Virus record (IMG/VR): IMGVR_UViG_3300045988_131485
Reading direction: 5' to 3' (one strand)
DNA length: 64,000 nt
Source: a virus
This document shows positions 26,950 through 34,969 of the stretch, one piece after another (the first letter of the stretch is position 1; each line of letters starts with the position of its first letter). The notes under the pieces are model-generated. The model had not been told where the DNA came from, did no database searches, and saw only the letters and a program-made list of their open reading frames with translations. A program made the position numbers and the translations under genes.

Positions 26950-27049
26950 CCAAAAGGTAGGTGCGGGGTAGACACTTTCGATTTAGTCATCTACCCATCC
27001 CCAGTATCTTGAGTCTTCTGCCAGCTGGCAGCGTGAACACCAGAGAAAA

Positions 27050-27820
27050 TTAAATATCCCCTAACAGGTCGATTGAAACATCGTGGTAGGCTTTCTTCTC
27101 TTCCTCGTCAGCGATACCGATATAACGCATGGTGATGAGAGCGCTGGAATGACCGAAAAGACGCTGGAGGAACACAATGTCGTGGTTACTCTGGTAGTGG
27201 AAGTATCCGAAAGTCTTCCGCAGGGTATGGGTACCGATGTTCTGCTTGATCCCGCAAGCCTTAGCCGCATCCTTCAACTTCTTGCGCAGGGTGTCCACTT
27301 CAATGTGACCACCTTCACGGGAAGCGAAGATATATCCATCAGAGTAGTGGCCGGCATCGTTACCATAGTACCACTGAATAGCGTGGACACAGGATTCATT
27401 CAGATAGAGTCCACGTCGCTTGTCTACCTTCTCCTGAAAGACTGAGATTTTGTCGGTGGTATCGGTGTAGTCTCCAACAATGTAGCGGATCTTGCCGTCA
27501 GGGAAGAAAATATCAGAACACTTCAGTTCCAGAAGCTCGTTGGCTCTGAGGCCGAGGTTGATACCCAAGATGAATGCCAGCAGGTATTTGGGATCAGCAT
27601 TGGCCCGTAGCCAAGAGGCCATAGCGTCAAGCTGCTCACGAGACTTGATCGGGAAAACCGTCTGCTCTTCTCCTTTGCGGTAGTTGACCTTCTTGGGAGG
27701 CTCGACAGCAGAGGTACCGGGGAACTGAATGATTTTACAGCTGGTCGGCGGTACGGTATTGATCTGAGGAGCCGTAGGCTGATCAAAGAGGGTAAGTTGC
27801 GTGTCCATAGTCCACCTCAT
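27050..27820 (-). CDS. tyrosine recombinase / phage integrase
   Basis: C-terminal HTLRKTFG...LFGHSSALITMRYI carries the R..H..R..Y catalytic signature of the XerC/D-integrase family. Confidence 0.9.
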   Translation of the reverse strand: MRWTMDTQLTLFDQPTAPQINTVPPTSCKIIQFPGTSAVEPPKKVNYRKGEEQTVFPIKSREQLDAMASWLRANADPKYLLAFILGINLGLRANELLELKCSDIFFPDGKIRYIVGDYTDTTDKISVFQEKVDKRRGLYLNESCVHAIQWYYGNDAGHYSDGYIFASREGGHIEVDTLRKKLKDAAKACGIKQNIGTHTLRKTFGYFHYQSNHDIVFLQRLFGHSSALITMRYIGIADEEEKKAYHDVSIDLLGDI

Positions 27821-27867
27821 TTTCTTTGTCGCAAAAGACCGTCAGTTGTTGTCTCTTATCTTAATAT

Positions 27868-27896
27868 ATTCTACCATATCTGTGGTCTAAAGTCAA
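27868..27896 (-). promoter_or_regulatory. sigma-A-type promoter for integrase (TTGACT-17-TAGAAT)
   Basis: Minus strand: -35 at 27896-27891 and -10 at 27873-27868, with a 17-nt spacer, about 45 nt upstream of the integrase ATG. Confidence 0.55.
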
Positions 27897-27900
27897 TCAG

Positions 27901-27928
27901 AATATTAGTTTTCTTTGTTGCTATCGAA
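27901..27928 (-). promoter_or_regulatory. class-B motif GATAGCAACAAAGAAAACTAATATT
   Basis: Minus-strand copy immediately upstream of the integrase promoter -35. Confidence 0.45.
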
Positions 27929-28099
27929 GAAGAATACGACTGTAAACGGGGTGAATTATAGAGGGTTGACAGAAAAACCGAGGTTGTAAGGCTAAAAATG
28001 TGATTTTGGAGGTACGGGTTTAATTCATTTACTGTTGGGGAATCGTCGAGATTGTTCCCGAGTGAAAAATGGGGATATGGGGTGTACGTGATAGAGTAG

Positions 28100-28730
28100 A
28101 GGTACTGAGTCGTTTCGTGAGAAACGGGGCGGGCGCGAAAATGTGAAGGCTCCCCCGGTGCCGGTGGCGTCCAGGCAGGCGGGCGGGGTGCCGTTGTTCG
28201 TCTGCTGACGGGCAAAAATAGGCCGGGGTTCTGCAAACTCTCCAAAAGCAGAATTGACAGAGATAGAGACGGGCGGGAGTACGTCGGGAGACTGGGAGCT
28301 TCAGCCGGTGCGGGCTGGGGTGCCTGCTGGCCTGGGGCGGTGCTGGGCTGGCCGTTTTGGGGCGGGGTTCGGTCTATATATGACTTTGACGGCAAAACGG
28401 CAGGCAAGCGGGCGCAAGTCCTCATCTTTTCGCCCTTTCTCCCTTCGTGCTCTTCTTCTCCCTCTTCGGATGTCCTCGCGTTCTCCGGCTGGCTCTGTCT
28501 GTTTGATCTGGGCGGGCAAGCTGGCGGCATAGGGGCGGCGGGCGGCGTGTCCGTCTGGCCGTGGTGCTGGGCGTGTCGTGCGTCTCCTGCGGCAGGCGGC
28601 AGGGCTGGCCGCTCTCGTGCCGTGTCTGCTGGCCGTCTCCCCTGCTGGCCGTGCTGGGGTAGTCTGTGCGGGCGCTGGGGCTGGCGCTGGGCATGGGCGG
28701 TGATCTCAGGCCAAGCGGCTTGCTAATCAG
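28100..28730. other. G-rich, high-GC non-coding island
   Basis: The plus strand is dominated by G and T runs (GGCGGG, GCTGGG, GGGGCGG). All ORFs there are low-complexity Pro/Arg/Gly/Trp strings. Composition contrasts sharply with the flanks. Confidence 0.5.
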
Positions 28731-28854
28731 CAAAATGCACAAAGATTCAATAAGAAATGCAGCATAATGACGAAAACAATGCCTTGTATTTTGTGCTTTT
28801 TACGCTGTAAATATGCCTGTTTTTGTGTAAAATAGGCTGTTTTTCTAACTTTTT

Positions 28855-28906
28855 GGATATAGCAACAAAGTTAATGATTGACGGATGGGATCTTTTATGA
28901 TAAGAT
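28855..28906 (+). promoter_or_regulatory. class-B motif plus sigma-A-type promoter (TTGACG-17-TAAGAT)
   Basis: GGATATAGCAACAAAGTTAATGA at 28855-28877 abuts the -35 TTGACG (28878-28883). The -10 TAAGAT is at 28901-28906. Confidence 0.5.
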
Positions 28907-28984
28907 ATAGACAGTTAAAGAGGGCGGGCGCTGGGGCCGTTGGCCGGGGGTATCCTCTCCGGGCGGCAGGCTCCACCGCTTCCC

Positions 28985-29006
28985 GATAGCAACAAAGTAA
29001 ATCAAC
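28985..29006 (+). promoter_or_regulatory. class-B motif GATAGCAACAAAGTAAATCAAC fused to SD
   Basis: Lies 3 nt upstream of AAAGGAG and 18 nt upstream of the ATG at 29024. Confidence 0.5.
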
Positions 29007-29023
29007 GTAAAGGAGAATGAACA

Positions 29024-29821
29024 ATGAAAAAGACTTACAACATGAGCGAGACCATGACGCGGGCATGGGCCATCCGCAAAGCGGCAGCGGCTGACATGGG
29101 GTGCAAGGTGTCTGAAGTCCTGATGGGCGAATGTCTGAAGATCGCCTGGGCTGAAGCTGAAGGCGCAAACGCTGAGACCAACGCCGCCGCCATCGTGGGT
29201 GAGTGGGCGAACATGGCCGACGCTGACAAAGTGCGCATGATGACCGCTTGCATCCGCAAGGCGGCAAAGAATGAAATCGGCTATTCCACCGAAGACCATT
29301 ACCTGCAGTTCTCTGAAGTGCCCGCGTTCGGTTGCTTCCGCACTCATGACTTTGACGAGTTCGTGTCCGAGACCTGCATCCGGGTTCTTGACAAGCTGGC
29401 CGACCTTGACAAGCTGGCCGCAACAAATGAACGGCGGGCCGCTCAGGGTAAGCGCCCGATGCGCCTGGTGTCCGTTGTCTACAATGCGGCGCGGGCTTCC
29501 ATTGCGGCGGTGTACTACGCCGACAGCAAACACGGCGCGGCGTATGACTGGGAGATCAATGACGGCGAGGGCAACGCGGCGAGCTTCCTTGAAACCTGCT
29601 GCGGAGATGCTACGGTGAACACCGAAACAAGCGCCATCATCCGGGCAGACCTGGACGCGTTCCGGGATGGGCTGGACGAGATCGGGCGGCAGATTTTGGA
29701 AATGGTAGCCGCGCACAAGACAGAGCGCGAGATCGGGAAAGCCGTGGGCATCTCTAATGTTGCCGTACACAAGCGCATTGTGAAAATGCGGGCGGCGCTG
29801 GAAAGCCTGCGGGTTGCCTGA
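29024..29821 (+). CDS. sigma-70-family-like / HTH transcription factor (region-4-like C-terminus)
   Basis: The C-terminus LDEIGRQILEMVAAHKTEREIGKAVGISNVAVHKRIVKMRAALESL looks like sigma region 4 (HTH). The upstream FVSETCIRVLDKL...VYNAARASI may be region-2-like. Confidence 0.5.
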   Translation: MKKTYNMSETMTRAWAIRKAAAADMGCKVSEVLMGECLKIAWAEAEGANAETNAAAIVGEWANMADADKVRMMTACIRKAAKNEIGYSTEDHYLQFSEVPAFGCFRTHDFDEFVSETCIRVLDKLADLDKLAATNERRAAQGKRPMRLVSVVYNAARASIAAVYYADSKHGAAYDWEINDGEGNAASFLETCCGDATVNTETSAIIRADLDAFRDGLDEIGRQILEMVAAHKTEREIGKAVGISNVAVHKRIVKMRAALESLRVA

Positions 29822-29839
29822 AAAGAAATTTTTCCGAAC

Positions 29840-29875
29840 GGTTAGCAACAAAGAAAATCAATCTGTAAATAATAG
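29840..29875 (+). promoter_or_regulatory. class-A promoter-like motif (P1)
   Basis: GGTTAGCAACAAAGAAAATCAATCTGTAAATAATAG. 14 nt separate TTAGCA from TCTGTAA. Upstream of the ATG at 29934. Confidence 0.6.
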
Positions 29876-29933
29876 CGGGGCCGGTAAAACGGAACGCCGG
29901 CCCCCAATAAAAAACGTAAAGGGGAACACAAAA

Positions 29934-30293
29934 ATGACTATCAATAACGCGGTTCTGAAAAATTGCTTGAAACTCTCCAGCAAGATCACGGTTTACGTGC
30001 CCGCCACAAACGGCATTGACCAGGCGGCGGACAATACGGAACAGGTCAAGAAAACGGCGGCGCTCCTCTCCGAGCTTTTCGGCGGCGCGACTTCCACCCC
30101 GGCGCTGGGCTACTGGATGTCTCCGGCGGCTGGCCTGGTGGCAGAGGCTACAACGGTGGTTTTCGCCTACGCTGCGGATGCGGCGCTCCAGGAGCACGTC
30201 GGGCGCGTGGTGGAGCTGTGCGAGGAGCTGAAGCGGGAGATGGGACAAGAGGCCATCGCCCTGGAAATCAACGGTGAGATGTATTTCATCTAA
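29934..30293 (+). CDS. hypothetical protein
   Basis: ORF-track 29814..30293. The ATG at 29934 follows AAAGGGGAA and lies downstream of P1, which the longer ORF would overlap. Confidence 0.6.
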   Translation: MTINNAVLKNCLKLSSKITVYVPATNGIDQAADNTEQVKKTAALLSELFGGATSTPALGYWMSPAAGLVAEATTVVFAYAADAALQEHVGRVVELCEELKREMGQEAIALEINGEMYFI

Positions 30294-30347
30294 CAGCAGG
30301 ACGGCGGGCGAGGGCTACGGCTCCCGTCCGCTTTTCTGTAAAAGAGA

Positions 30348-30377
30348 ACGGCGGGAAAACTCCCGCCGTTTTTTTTA
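30348..30377 (+). terminator. rho-independent terminator
   Basis: ACGGCGGGA-AAAC-TCCCGCCGT followed by T8. A second GC-rich hairpin lies just upstream (30298-30337). Confidence 0.8.
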
Positions 30378-30384
30378 TGGACTT

Positions 30385-30420
30385 GGTTAGCAATCGCTAT
30401 TTTCTTTCTGTAATATAAGT
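30385..30420 (+). promoter_or_regulatory. class-A promoter-like motif (P2), antisense to minus-strand gene
   Basis: GGTTAGCAATCGCTATTTTCTTTCTGTAATATAAGT. It points into the 3' end of minus-strand CDS 30429..30971, and there is no plus-strand ORF before 31198. Confidence 0.55.
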
Positions 30421-30428
30421 AGAACGGG

Positions 30429-30971
30429 TTAAGCTGCGAAGTAAGCCTTCAGCATTTTGGCAGCTATCAACTTTTGTTCTTCGGTCAATTCTGCGGTGAC
30501 TGATTCAAGTGTCAGCGGATGCGCCCATTCCTGGAAGCTGTTAAGGTAGAGTGCGGCGTCTTTCTCACTGTTCACATTTTCAAGCTCTACAAGGAACGGT
30601 TTTACAAGTTGGATAATTTCGGATTTGTCCGCCTCGATCAGAAAAACTCTTTCCTTTTCGATGATGGAACGGCGCTTTAATTCGCCGGACTTCCTGCGCT
30701 CCATTTTTTCTACCTGATAACGGAAAACGAATTGCAAAACGGTTTCCTGGCGCTTGACGGCGGCGCGGATGTAGGATTTCATAAATTTTACGGTTCCATC
30801 TTCATGACCTGCAACAGCCTTTGTCATTTCCTTATATGGGAAACGGAATATCTGAAAATACAGACAATTCTTTTCCGCATGGGAATAACGGAGGTTGTGC
30901 GCGTCGGTAATGAGGGGAAGAAATTCCTGCGTCGGTGTTCCTTTCTGGAATGTAGCAATTTTGATCTCCAT
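30429..30971 (-). CDS. hypothetical protein (opposite-strand island gene)
   Basis: ORF-track 30429..31049. The ATG at 30971 follows AAGGAGAA (MEIKIATFQKG...). Confidence 0.6.
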   Translation of the reverse strand: MEIKIATFQKGTPTQEFLPLITDAHNLRYSHAEKNCLYFQIFRFPYKEMTKAVAGHEDGTVKFMKSYIRAAVKRQETVLQFVFRYQVEKMERRKSGELKRRSIIEKERVFLIEADKSEIIQLVKPFLVELENVNSEKDAALYLNSFQEWAHPLTLESVTAELTEEQKLIAAKMLKAYFAA

Positions 30972-31150
30972 AACGTTTTCTCCTTGTTTTTGGCCTGCGT
31001 CCGTGGTAGAATAGGCAAAGGCGGGTTGATCCCGTGCTTGCCGGTTCATCCTTGGCCGTCAGGCGGGGCGGATGCTGGTATCATCCGCCCTCTTTCTAAT
31101 TCATATTATACACGGTATACCGTGAAAAATCAACTGAAAATTTGTTTTTT

Positions 31151-31186
31151 GGTTAGCATTCACAGAATTTTTTCTGTAATAGTAAT
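31151..31186 (+). promoter_or_regulatory. class-A promoter-like motif (P3)
   Basis: GGTTAGCATTCACAGAATTTTTTCTGTAATAGTAAT, upstream of the ATG at 31198. Confidence 0.6.
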
Positions 31187-31197
31187 GGGGTGATAAT

Positions 31198-31422
31198 ATG
31201 GCGGTTTCTGATGCTCATAGGCGTGGAAATGCAAAGTGGGATAAAGAAAATATGCGGGTTGTCTCCTGCAAAATTAGATCAGAGGAACACGCTGCGTTCA
31301 AGGCGTATGCAGAGGCCAGGGGTAAGACTATTTCCAGTCTGCTACTGGAATATGTGCGCAGTTGCATTGCGGAGGATATGGAACAGAAGAAAAATATAGA
31401 ACAGAATTGCCCGCCGGACTAA
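31198..31422 (+). CDS. ribbon-helix-helix (CopG/Arc-like) protein
   Basis: 74 aa. NMRVVSCKIRSEEHAAFKAYAEARGKTISSLLLEYV fits a beta-strand plus two helices RHH pattern. Confidence 0.55.
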   Translation: MAVSDAHRRGNAKWDKENMRVVSCKIRSEEHAAFKAYAEARGKTISSLLLEYVRSCIAEDMEQKKNIEQNCPPD

Positions 31423-31441
31423 CCGGCGGGCGTTTTTTTTA
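31409..31441. terminator. bidirectional terminator
   Basis: GCCCGCCGG-ACTAA-CCGGCGGGC followed by T8, between convergent CDS 31198..31422 and 31439..31675. Confidence 0.75.
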
Positions 31442-31675
31442 TAATTGTCTATTTTTTCGTTCTTCGTATTTTTTGAGCGTATCATCTAATCTTTCAAGTT
31501 CTTCTTCCAAAGTACCAACGGTACGGGATGGATATGGAGATTCACCCGGTTTATAGTAGTGGACGGCCTGAGCTGCATATTTGTCCGCTTTTCGTTTCTG
31601 GACTGACTCACGGAGAAGGCTACTAACTAAATATGTGATTGCAAAAGGGGTTGGAACACGGCGAAACAGTCTCAT
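31439..31675 (-). CDS. hypothetical protein (opposite-strand)
   Basis: 78-aa ORF with a hydrophobic N-terminus and a charged C-terminus. Coding status is uncertain. Confidence 0.4.
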   Translation of the reverse strand: MRLFRRVPTPFAITYLVSSLLRESVQKRKADKYAAQAVHYYKPGESPYPSRTVGTLEEELERLDDTLKKYEERKNRQL

Positions 31676-31691
31676 AAAAATCTCTCCTATT

Positions 31692-31727
31692 GGTTAGCAA
31701 AACTTGTTTTCTTTCTGTAATTATATC
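31692..31727 (+). promoter_or_regulatory. class-A promoter-like motif (P4)
   Basis: GGTTAGCAAAACTTGTTTTCTTTCTGTAATTATATC, upstream of the ATG at 31770. Confidence 0.6.
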
Positions 31728-31769
31728 AAGAGTTAATAAATTTTCAATCATTGGAACGGAGGAAAGCAA

Positions 31770-32021
31770 ATGGATATTCAGGAAATCAACCAGAGTTCGC
31801 CGGAGTTCCTGTATCAGATGCTGGGACGGCTGGAAGCGGATTGTCTGTATTATCTGGGGAACGGTGGGCGCTTTGCGGGCCATCTCTGGGTGGGCAACGA
31901 GCGCAAGCAGATCAAACTGATGCGGATGATTTACCGCCGCTTGTGTGAGATTGGAGCCGCGCCGGAATGGATGAGCGAGCAGCAGATCAACGACTTTGCG
32001 GAGCAGATGCTGGTGGTATAA
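31770..32021 (+). CDS. hypothetical protein (LPD/polyvalent-protein-associated-domain-like)
   Basis: 83 aa. LGRLEADCLYYLGNGGR..LW resembles small domains seen in conjugative-element polyvalent proteins. This is from memory and is weak. Confidence 0.55.
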   Translation: MDIQEINQSSPEFLYQMLGRLEADCLYYLGNGGRFAGHLWVGNERKQIKLMRMIYRRLCEIGAAPEWMSEQQINDFAEQMLVV

Positions 32022-32034
32022 AAATTTTCAGGGC

Positions 32035-32069
32035 GGTTAGCAAATCGCCGTTTCTGTCTGTAATTATAT
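32035..32069 (+). promoter_or_regulatory. class-A promoter-like motif (P5)
   Basis: GGTTAGCAAATCGCCGTTTCTGTCTGTAATTATAT. Confidence 0.6.
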
Positions 32070-32079
32070 CAGAAAACGA

Positions 32080-32430
32080 ATGGAGGTTCTAACCGTGACA
32101 AAATATTATATTTCTTTGGAGGCTGACGGAAATTTTCATATTATCGAGTACGATACTGGCGAGGGCGTAAGAGTGCTGCGGGACGCTGGCGGACGGGAAA
32201 CGAGTGTTGTAATTTATCACAATAGCTTGATTATTTCCGCTTTGTATGACACTGTGGAGGCTGCTATAAAGCACCTGGGCGGAAGTCGCCGGGAAACGAT
32301 CTTGCCTGATGGTCGAGTGGTAATCCCGGAGTCCGTGAATTATCCTGAGTTAGTCATCCGCAACATATTTGTGCCGTTTAGCGCTGTGCGTGCTGAAGTC
32401 TGGCCTGGGGAGCCTGGATGGGGAAAATAA
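32080..32430 (+). CDS. hypothetical protein
   Basis: 116-aa ORF. The true start may be the GTG at 32095, because the ATG at 32080 lies inside the GGAGG RBS. Confidence 0.55.
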   Translation: MEVLTVTKYYISLEADGNFHIIEYDTGEGVRVLRDAGGRETSVVIYHNSLIISALYDTVEAAIKHLGGSRRETILPDGRVVIPESVNYPELVIRNIFVPFSAVRAEVWPGEPGWGK

Positions 32431-32441
32431 TTTCCCGATTA

Positions 32442-32477
32442 GGTTAGCAAATACGAATTTCATTCTGTAATTATAGT
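32442..32477 (+). promoter_or_regulatory. class-A promoter-like motif (P6)
   Basis: GGTTAGCAAATACGAATTTCATTCTGTAATTATAGT, the consensus copy. Confidence 0.65.
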
Positions 32478-32519
32478 AGATACCTGGAAATCAAATGAAA
32501 ATAACGGAGGCTGACAAAC

Positions 32520-33011
32520 ATGAAGTGGTTCAATAATCCTGAGACGCTGGAAGACCTGAAAAAGCAATACAAGAAGCTGGCTTTTCAAAATCATCCTGAC
32601 CGGGGCGGCAAAACTTCGGATATGCAGGAGATTAACGCTGAGTATGAAGCGCTGTTCTCCCGGCTGAAGGATACCCACAAAAACGCAGAGGGCGAGTTTT
32701 ACACGGCACGGACGGCCACGACCGAGACGGCCACGGAGTTCATGGACATCATCGAAAAGCTGATTCACATGGAGGGCATCGAGATCGAGGTTTGCGGCTC
32801 CTGGGTGTGGGTCACTGGCGACACCAGGCCGCACAAGGAAGAGCTGAAAGCCCTGTCTTTCCGGTGGAGCAGCAACAAATCCGCGTGGTATTTCCACCGC
32901 GACGGATACAAGAAGCGGAGCAAGAAGTCTCTGACACTGGACGAGATCAGGGGCTACTACGGCAGCGAAAAGATTGAAAAAGAGGGCGGCGGGAAAATCG
33001 CGGTTGCATAA
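32520..33011 (+). CDS. J-domain (DnaJ-like) protein
   Basis: N-terminal LEDLKKQYKKLAFQNHPDRGG contains the HPD tripeptide of J domains. Confidence 0.85.
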   Translation: MKWFNNPETLEDLKKQYKKLAFQNHPDRGGKTSDMQEINAEYEALFSRLKDTHKNAEGEFYTARTATTETATEFMDIIEKLIHMEGIEIEVCGSWVWVTGDTRPHKEELKALSFRWSSNKSAWYFHRDGYKKRSKKSLTLDEIRGYYGSEKIEKEGGGKIAVA

Positions 33012-33017
33012 CAGATT

Positions 33018-33055
33018 GGCGGGCTGGGAAAACCTGGCCCGCCTTTTCTTTTTCG
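33018..33055 (+). terminator. rho-independent terminator
   Basis: GGCGGGCTGGG-AAAA-CCTGGCCCGCC followed by TTTTCTTTTTC. Confidence 0.75.
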
Positions 33056-33071
33056 GAAAATTTTACTGAAT

Positions 33072-33107
33072 GGTTAGCAAATGATCGGAACAGTCTGTAA
33101 TTATAGT
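33072..33107 (+). promoter_or_regulatory. class-A promoter-like motif (P7)
   Basis: GGTTAGCAAATGATCGGAACAGTCTGTAATTATAGT. Confidence 0.65.
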
Positions 33108-33125
33108 GGGAGGTGGTCAAGTCCA

Positions 33126-33266
33126 TTGAAGTGCTACTACCTGGGCGATAAGAAAATCACCGAAGCGGAGGCCAAAGAGATCGAGGCCAAAAACCGCGAG
33201 ATTTTAAGAGATGGAACGGTTGAAGAGCTTTTGCAAATTCGGCACGTTATTTGTCGGGAGGAATGA
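33126..33266 (+). CDS. small hypothetical protein
   Basis: ORF-track 33081..33266 starts inside P7. The TTG at 33126 follows GGGAGGTGG by 9 nt. Confidence 0.45.
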   Translation: MKCYYLGDKKITEAEAKEIEAKNREILRDGTVEELLQIRHVICREE

Positions 33267-33269
33267 AAG

Positions 33270-33671
33270 ATGGAACACACATTTAAGATCGAAAAGGAAT
33301 TGAAGATCACAACGGAGAACATCGTGGACTGTGTACTGTCCTGCGAGGCCGGTGGCTTTGACTACTGGGGCGAGTTGTGCAGCGATGAGAAGGACTACGA
33401 GGCGGCGCGGCAGCGGCTGGCAGAGAGAGAAAAGGCCGATATGAAGCCCTGCTATGAGGACGTGCTGGCCGAGATTCTGGAGAGCGGCGGCAAGCTGACC
33501 GTGTACGACCGTGAGGATGACAAAGACCACGAGCTGACGCTGGAAAAACTTCTGAACGGCTGGAAAAAGTACGTGGAAGATCATAACGCGGATGACTTCG
33601 ACGAGTACGACGGAATTTCTGCTGACTGCATTATGCAGTATGCGATTTTCGGCGACGTGATTTACGGCTGA
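33270..33671 (+). CDS. hypothetical acidic protein
   Basis: 133-aa ORF, 3 nt after the previous stop. Confidence 0.6.
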   Translation: MEHTFKIEKELKITTENIVDCVLSCEAGGFDYWGELCSDEKDYEAARQRLAEREKADMKPCYEDVLAEILESGGKLTVYDREDDKDHELTLEKLLNGWKKYVEDHNADDFDEYDGISADCIMQYAIFGDVIYG

Positions 33672-33676
33672 TAAAA

Positions 33677-33712
33677 ACGGGCTGGCCTGGTGGCTGGCCC
33701 GTTATTTTTTTT
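33677..33712 (+). terminator. rho-independent terminator
   Basis: ACGGGCTGGCC..GGCTGGCCCGT followed by a T-run. Confidence 0.75.
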
Positions 33713-33720
33713 GCCGGTCA

Positions 33721-33756
33721 GATTAGCAAGATTGAAAAACCGTCTGTAAATATAGT
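33721..33756 (+). promoter_or_regulatory. class-A promoter-like motif (P8)
   Basis: GATTAGCAAGATTGAAAAACCGTCTGTAAATATAGT. Confidence 0.6.
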
Positions 33757-33773
33757 GTAAGGGGCAATGCTCC

Positions 33774-33798
33774 AAGCAGCAAAGTAAATTAACGGAGG
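33774..33798 (+). promoter_or_regulatory. class-B-like leader AAGCAGCAAAGTAAATTAACGGAGG
   Basis: Fused to the SD of CDS 33807..34010, downstream of P8. Confidence 0.45.
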
Positions 33799-33806
33799 TT
33801 GAAAGA

Positions 33807-34010
33807 ATGAAACGCTATGCAGTTTGTATCACTGATGATGACGGCGGCACGGGCGAAGCGGTTTTTACCGTGAAGAATAAAACAGAGGCACGGGCCAGAG
33901 GTCGCCTTTATATCCGTCAGTGGCAACTCCCCAACGGGAAGATCGAGTATATCCGGGAGTTAGCAGAGGGTGAAGAGGCCGTTAAGTTTGGTCGCGCCGC
34001 TGGTTATTGA
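33807..34010 (+). CDS. hypothetical protein
   Basis: 67-aa ORF with a GGAGG RBS. Confidence 0.55.
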   Translation: MKRYAVCITDDDGGTGEAVFTVKNKTEARARGRLYIRQWQLPNGKIEYIRELAEGEEAVKFGRAAGY

Positions 34011-34025
34011 TAGGAGGAGATCATC

Positions 34026-34457
34026 ATGTATGATGTCGAAAAGTTGGTTTCCATCGTCTGCGATTATCTGGACGCTGAAGCGGACTATATGAAATACAGT
34101 CTGGACGCAAGAAAAGAGCTGGGGCTGGCTCCCGACTCTACCCTGTGGATTCCTTCCCTGAATGGCTCCAAGGCATACCGTCTGGGTGAGCTGTTCGAAA
34201 AGTCAGGAGCGACCGGCAGCATTTTGGCCGACATCTGCGCCATGCTGGACATCAATCAGGAATTGTTGGTGGCCGCTGTCAAATCCATGCAACGCAAGGA
34301 ACGCCATAACGGACGCTGGGACAATCCGAATTATACCTGCTGGATGAACGAGGACGACAAAAAGCGGCTGGCCCGGTTCCTTTCCAATGAGCGCGGAGAG
34401 TCCGGCGTTTATCCCTGGTTCAGCAGTACCGGACGGAAAAAGCCATGGTGTGAATAA
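34026..34457 (+). CDS. hypothetical protein
   Basis: 143-aa ORF with an AGGAGGAG RBS. Confidence 0.6.
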   Translation: MYDVEKLVSIVCDYLDAEADYMKYSLDARKELGLAPDSTLWIPSLNGSKAYRLGELFEKSGATGSILADICAMLDINQELLVAAVKSMQRKERHNGRWDNPNYTCWMNEDDKKRLARFLSNERGESGVYPWFSSTGRKKPWCE

Positions 34458-34473
34458 GGTATAGCTAAACCGA

Positions 34474-34510
34474 AGAGGAAGGGCAAAAAGTCCTTCCTCT
34501 TTTTTTATTT
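34474..34510 (+). terminator. rho-independent terminator
   Basis: AGAGGAAGG..CCTTCCTCT followed by T7. Confidence 0.75.
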
Positions 34511-34513
34511 CAT

Positions 34514-34549
34514 GGTTAGCAAATTTGCCTTTCTTTCTGTAATTAAAGT
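34514..34549 (+). promoter_or_regulatory. class-A promoter-like motif (P9)
   Basis: GGTTAGCAAATTTGCCTTTCTTTCTGTAATTAAAGT. Confidence 0.6.
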
Positions 34550-34578
34550 AGAAAGTCAAAATAATGGAGGAATGACAC

Positions 34579-34905
34579 ATGACAACGAAAACTGATTTTC
34601 ACGCCATCCAGGAGCTGAGGGAGAAATACGCCCCGAAAGTGCGGGGTATCGTCTCCGGCGAGGAGGCCAAGACCATCTACGAAGTGCTGGAAATTGATAA
34701 GCGCAACAACATCGAGCTTCAGAATATCCGGGATATGGTGGTCATGATTTACGGCCAGTGGTTTGATAAATCACGTGACCAGTATCTGGAGGATAAGAAG
34801 AAGGGCGCGCAGGCGGTTGATAAGTCTGCGGAGTATCTGGACGCAATGAGCGCCATCATCTGCGTCATCGACTATGAGAAATTCAAGAGAGGACTGGGAG
34901 TATAA
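34579..34905 (+). CDS. hypothetical protein
   Basis: 108-aa ORF with a GGAGGAA RBS. Confidence 0.6.
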   Translation: MTTKTDFHAIQELREKYAPKVRGIVSGEEAKTIYEVLEIDKRNNIELQNIRDMVVMIYGQWFDKSRDQYLEDKKKGAQAVDKSAEYLDAMSAIICVIDYEKFKRGLGV

Positions 34906-34920
34906 AAATTTGGGGAGGGC

Positions 34921-34956
34921 GGTTAGCAAATCGTTCTCCCCTTCTGTAATTATACC
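34921..34956 (+). promoter_or_regulatory. class-A promoter-like motif (P10)
   Basis: GGTTAGCAAATCGTTCTCCCCTTCTGTAATTATACC. Confidence 0.6.
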
Positions 34957-34969
34957 AGGAGGTGCAGTG

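Noticed and set aside
27871-28742. Several 100-220-aa ORFs on both strands in the high-GC island
   Set aside because: The translations are Pro/Arg/Gly/Ala/Trp low-complexity strings produced by G-rich repeats. There are no RBSs, so I treat the region as non-coding.
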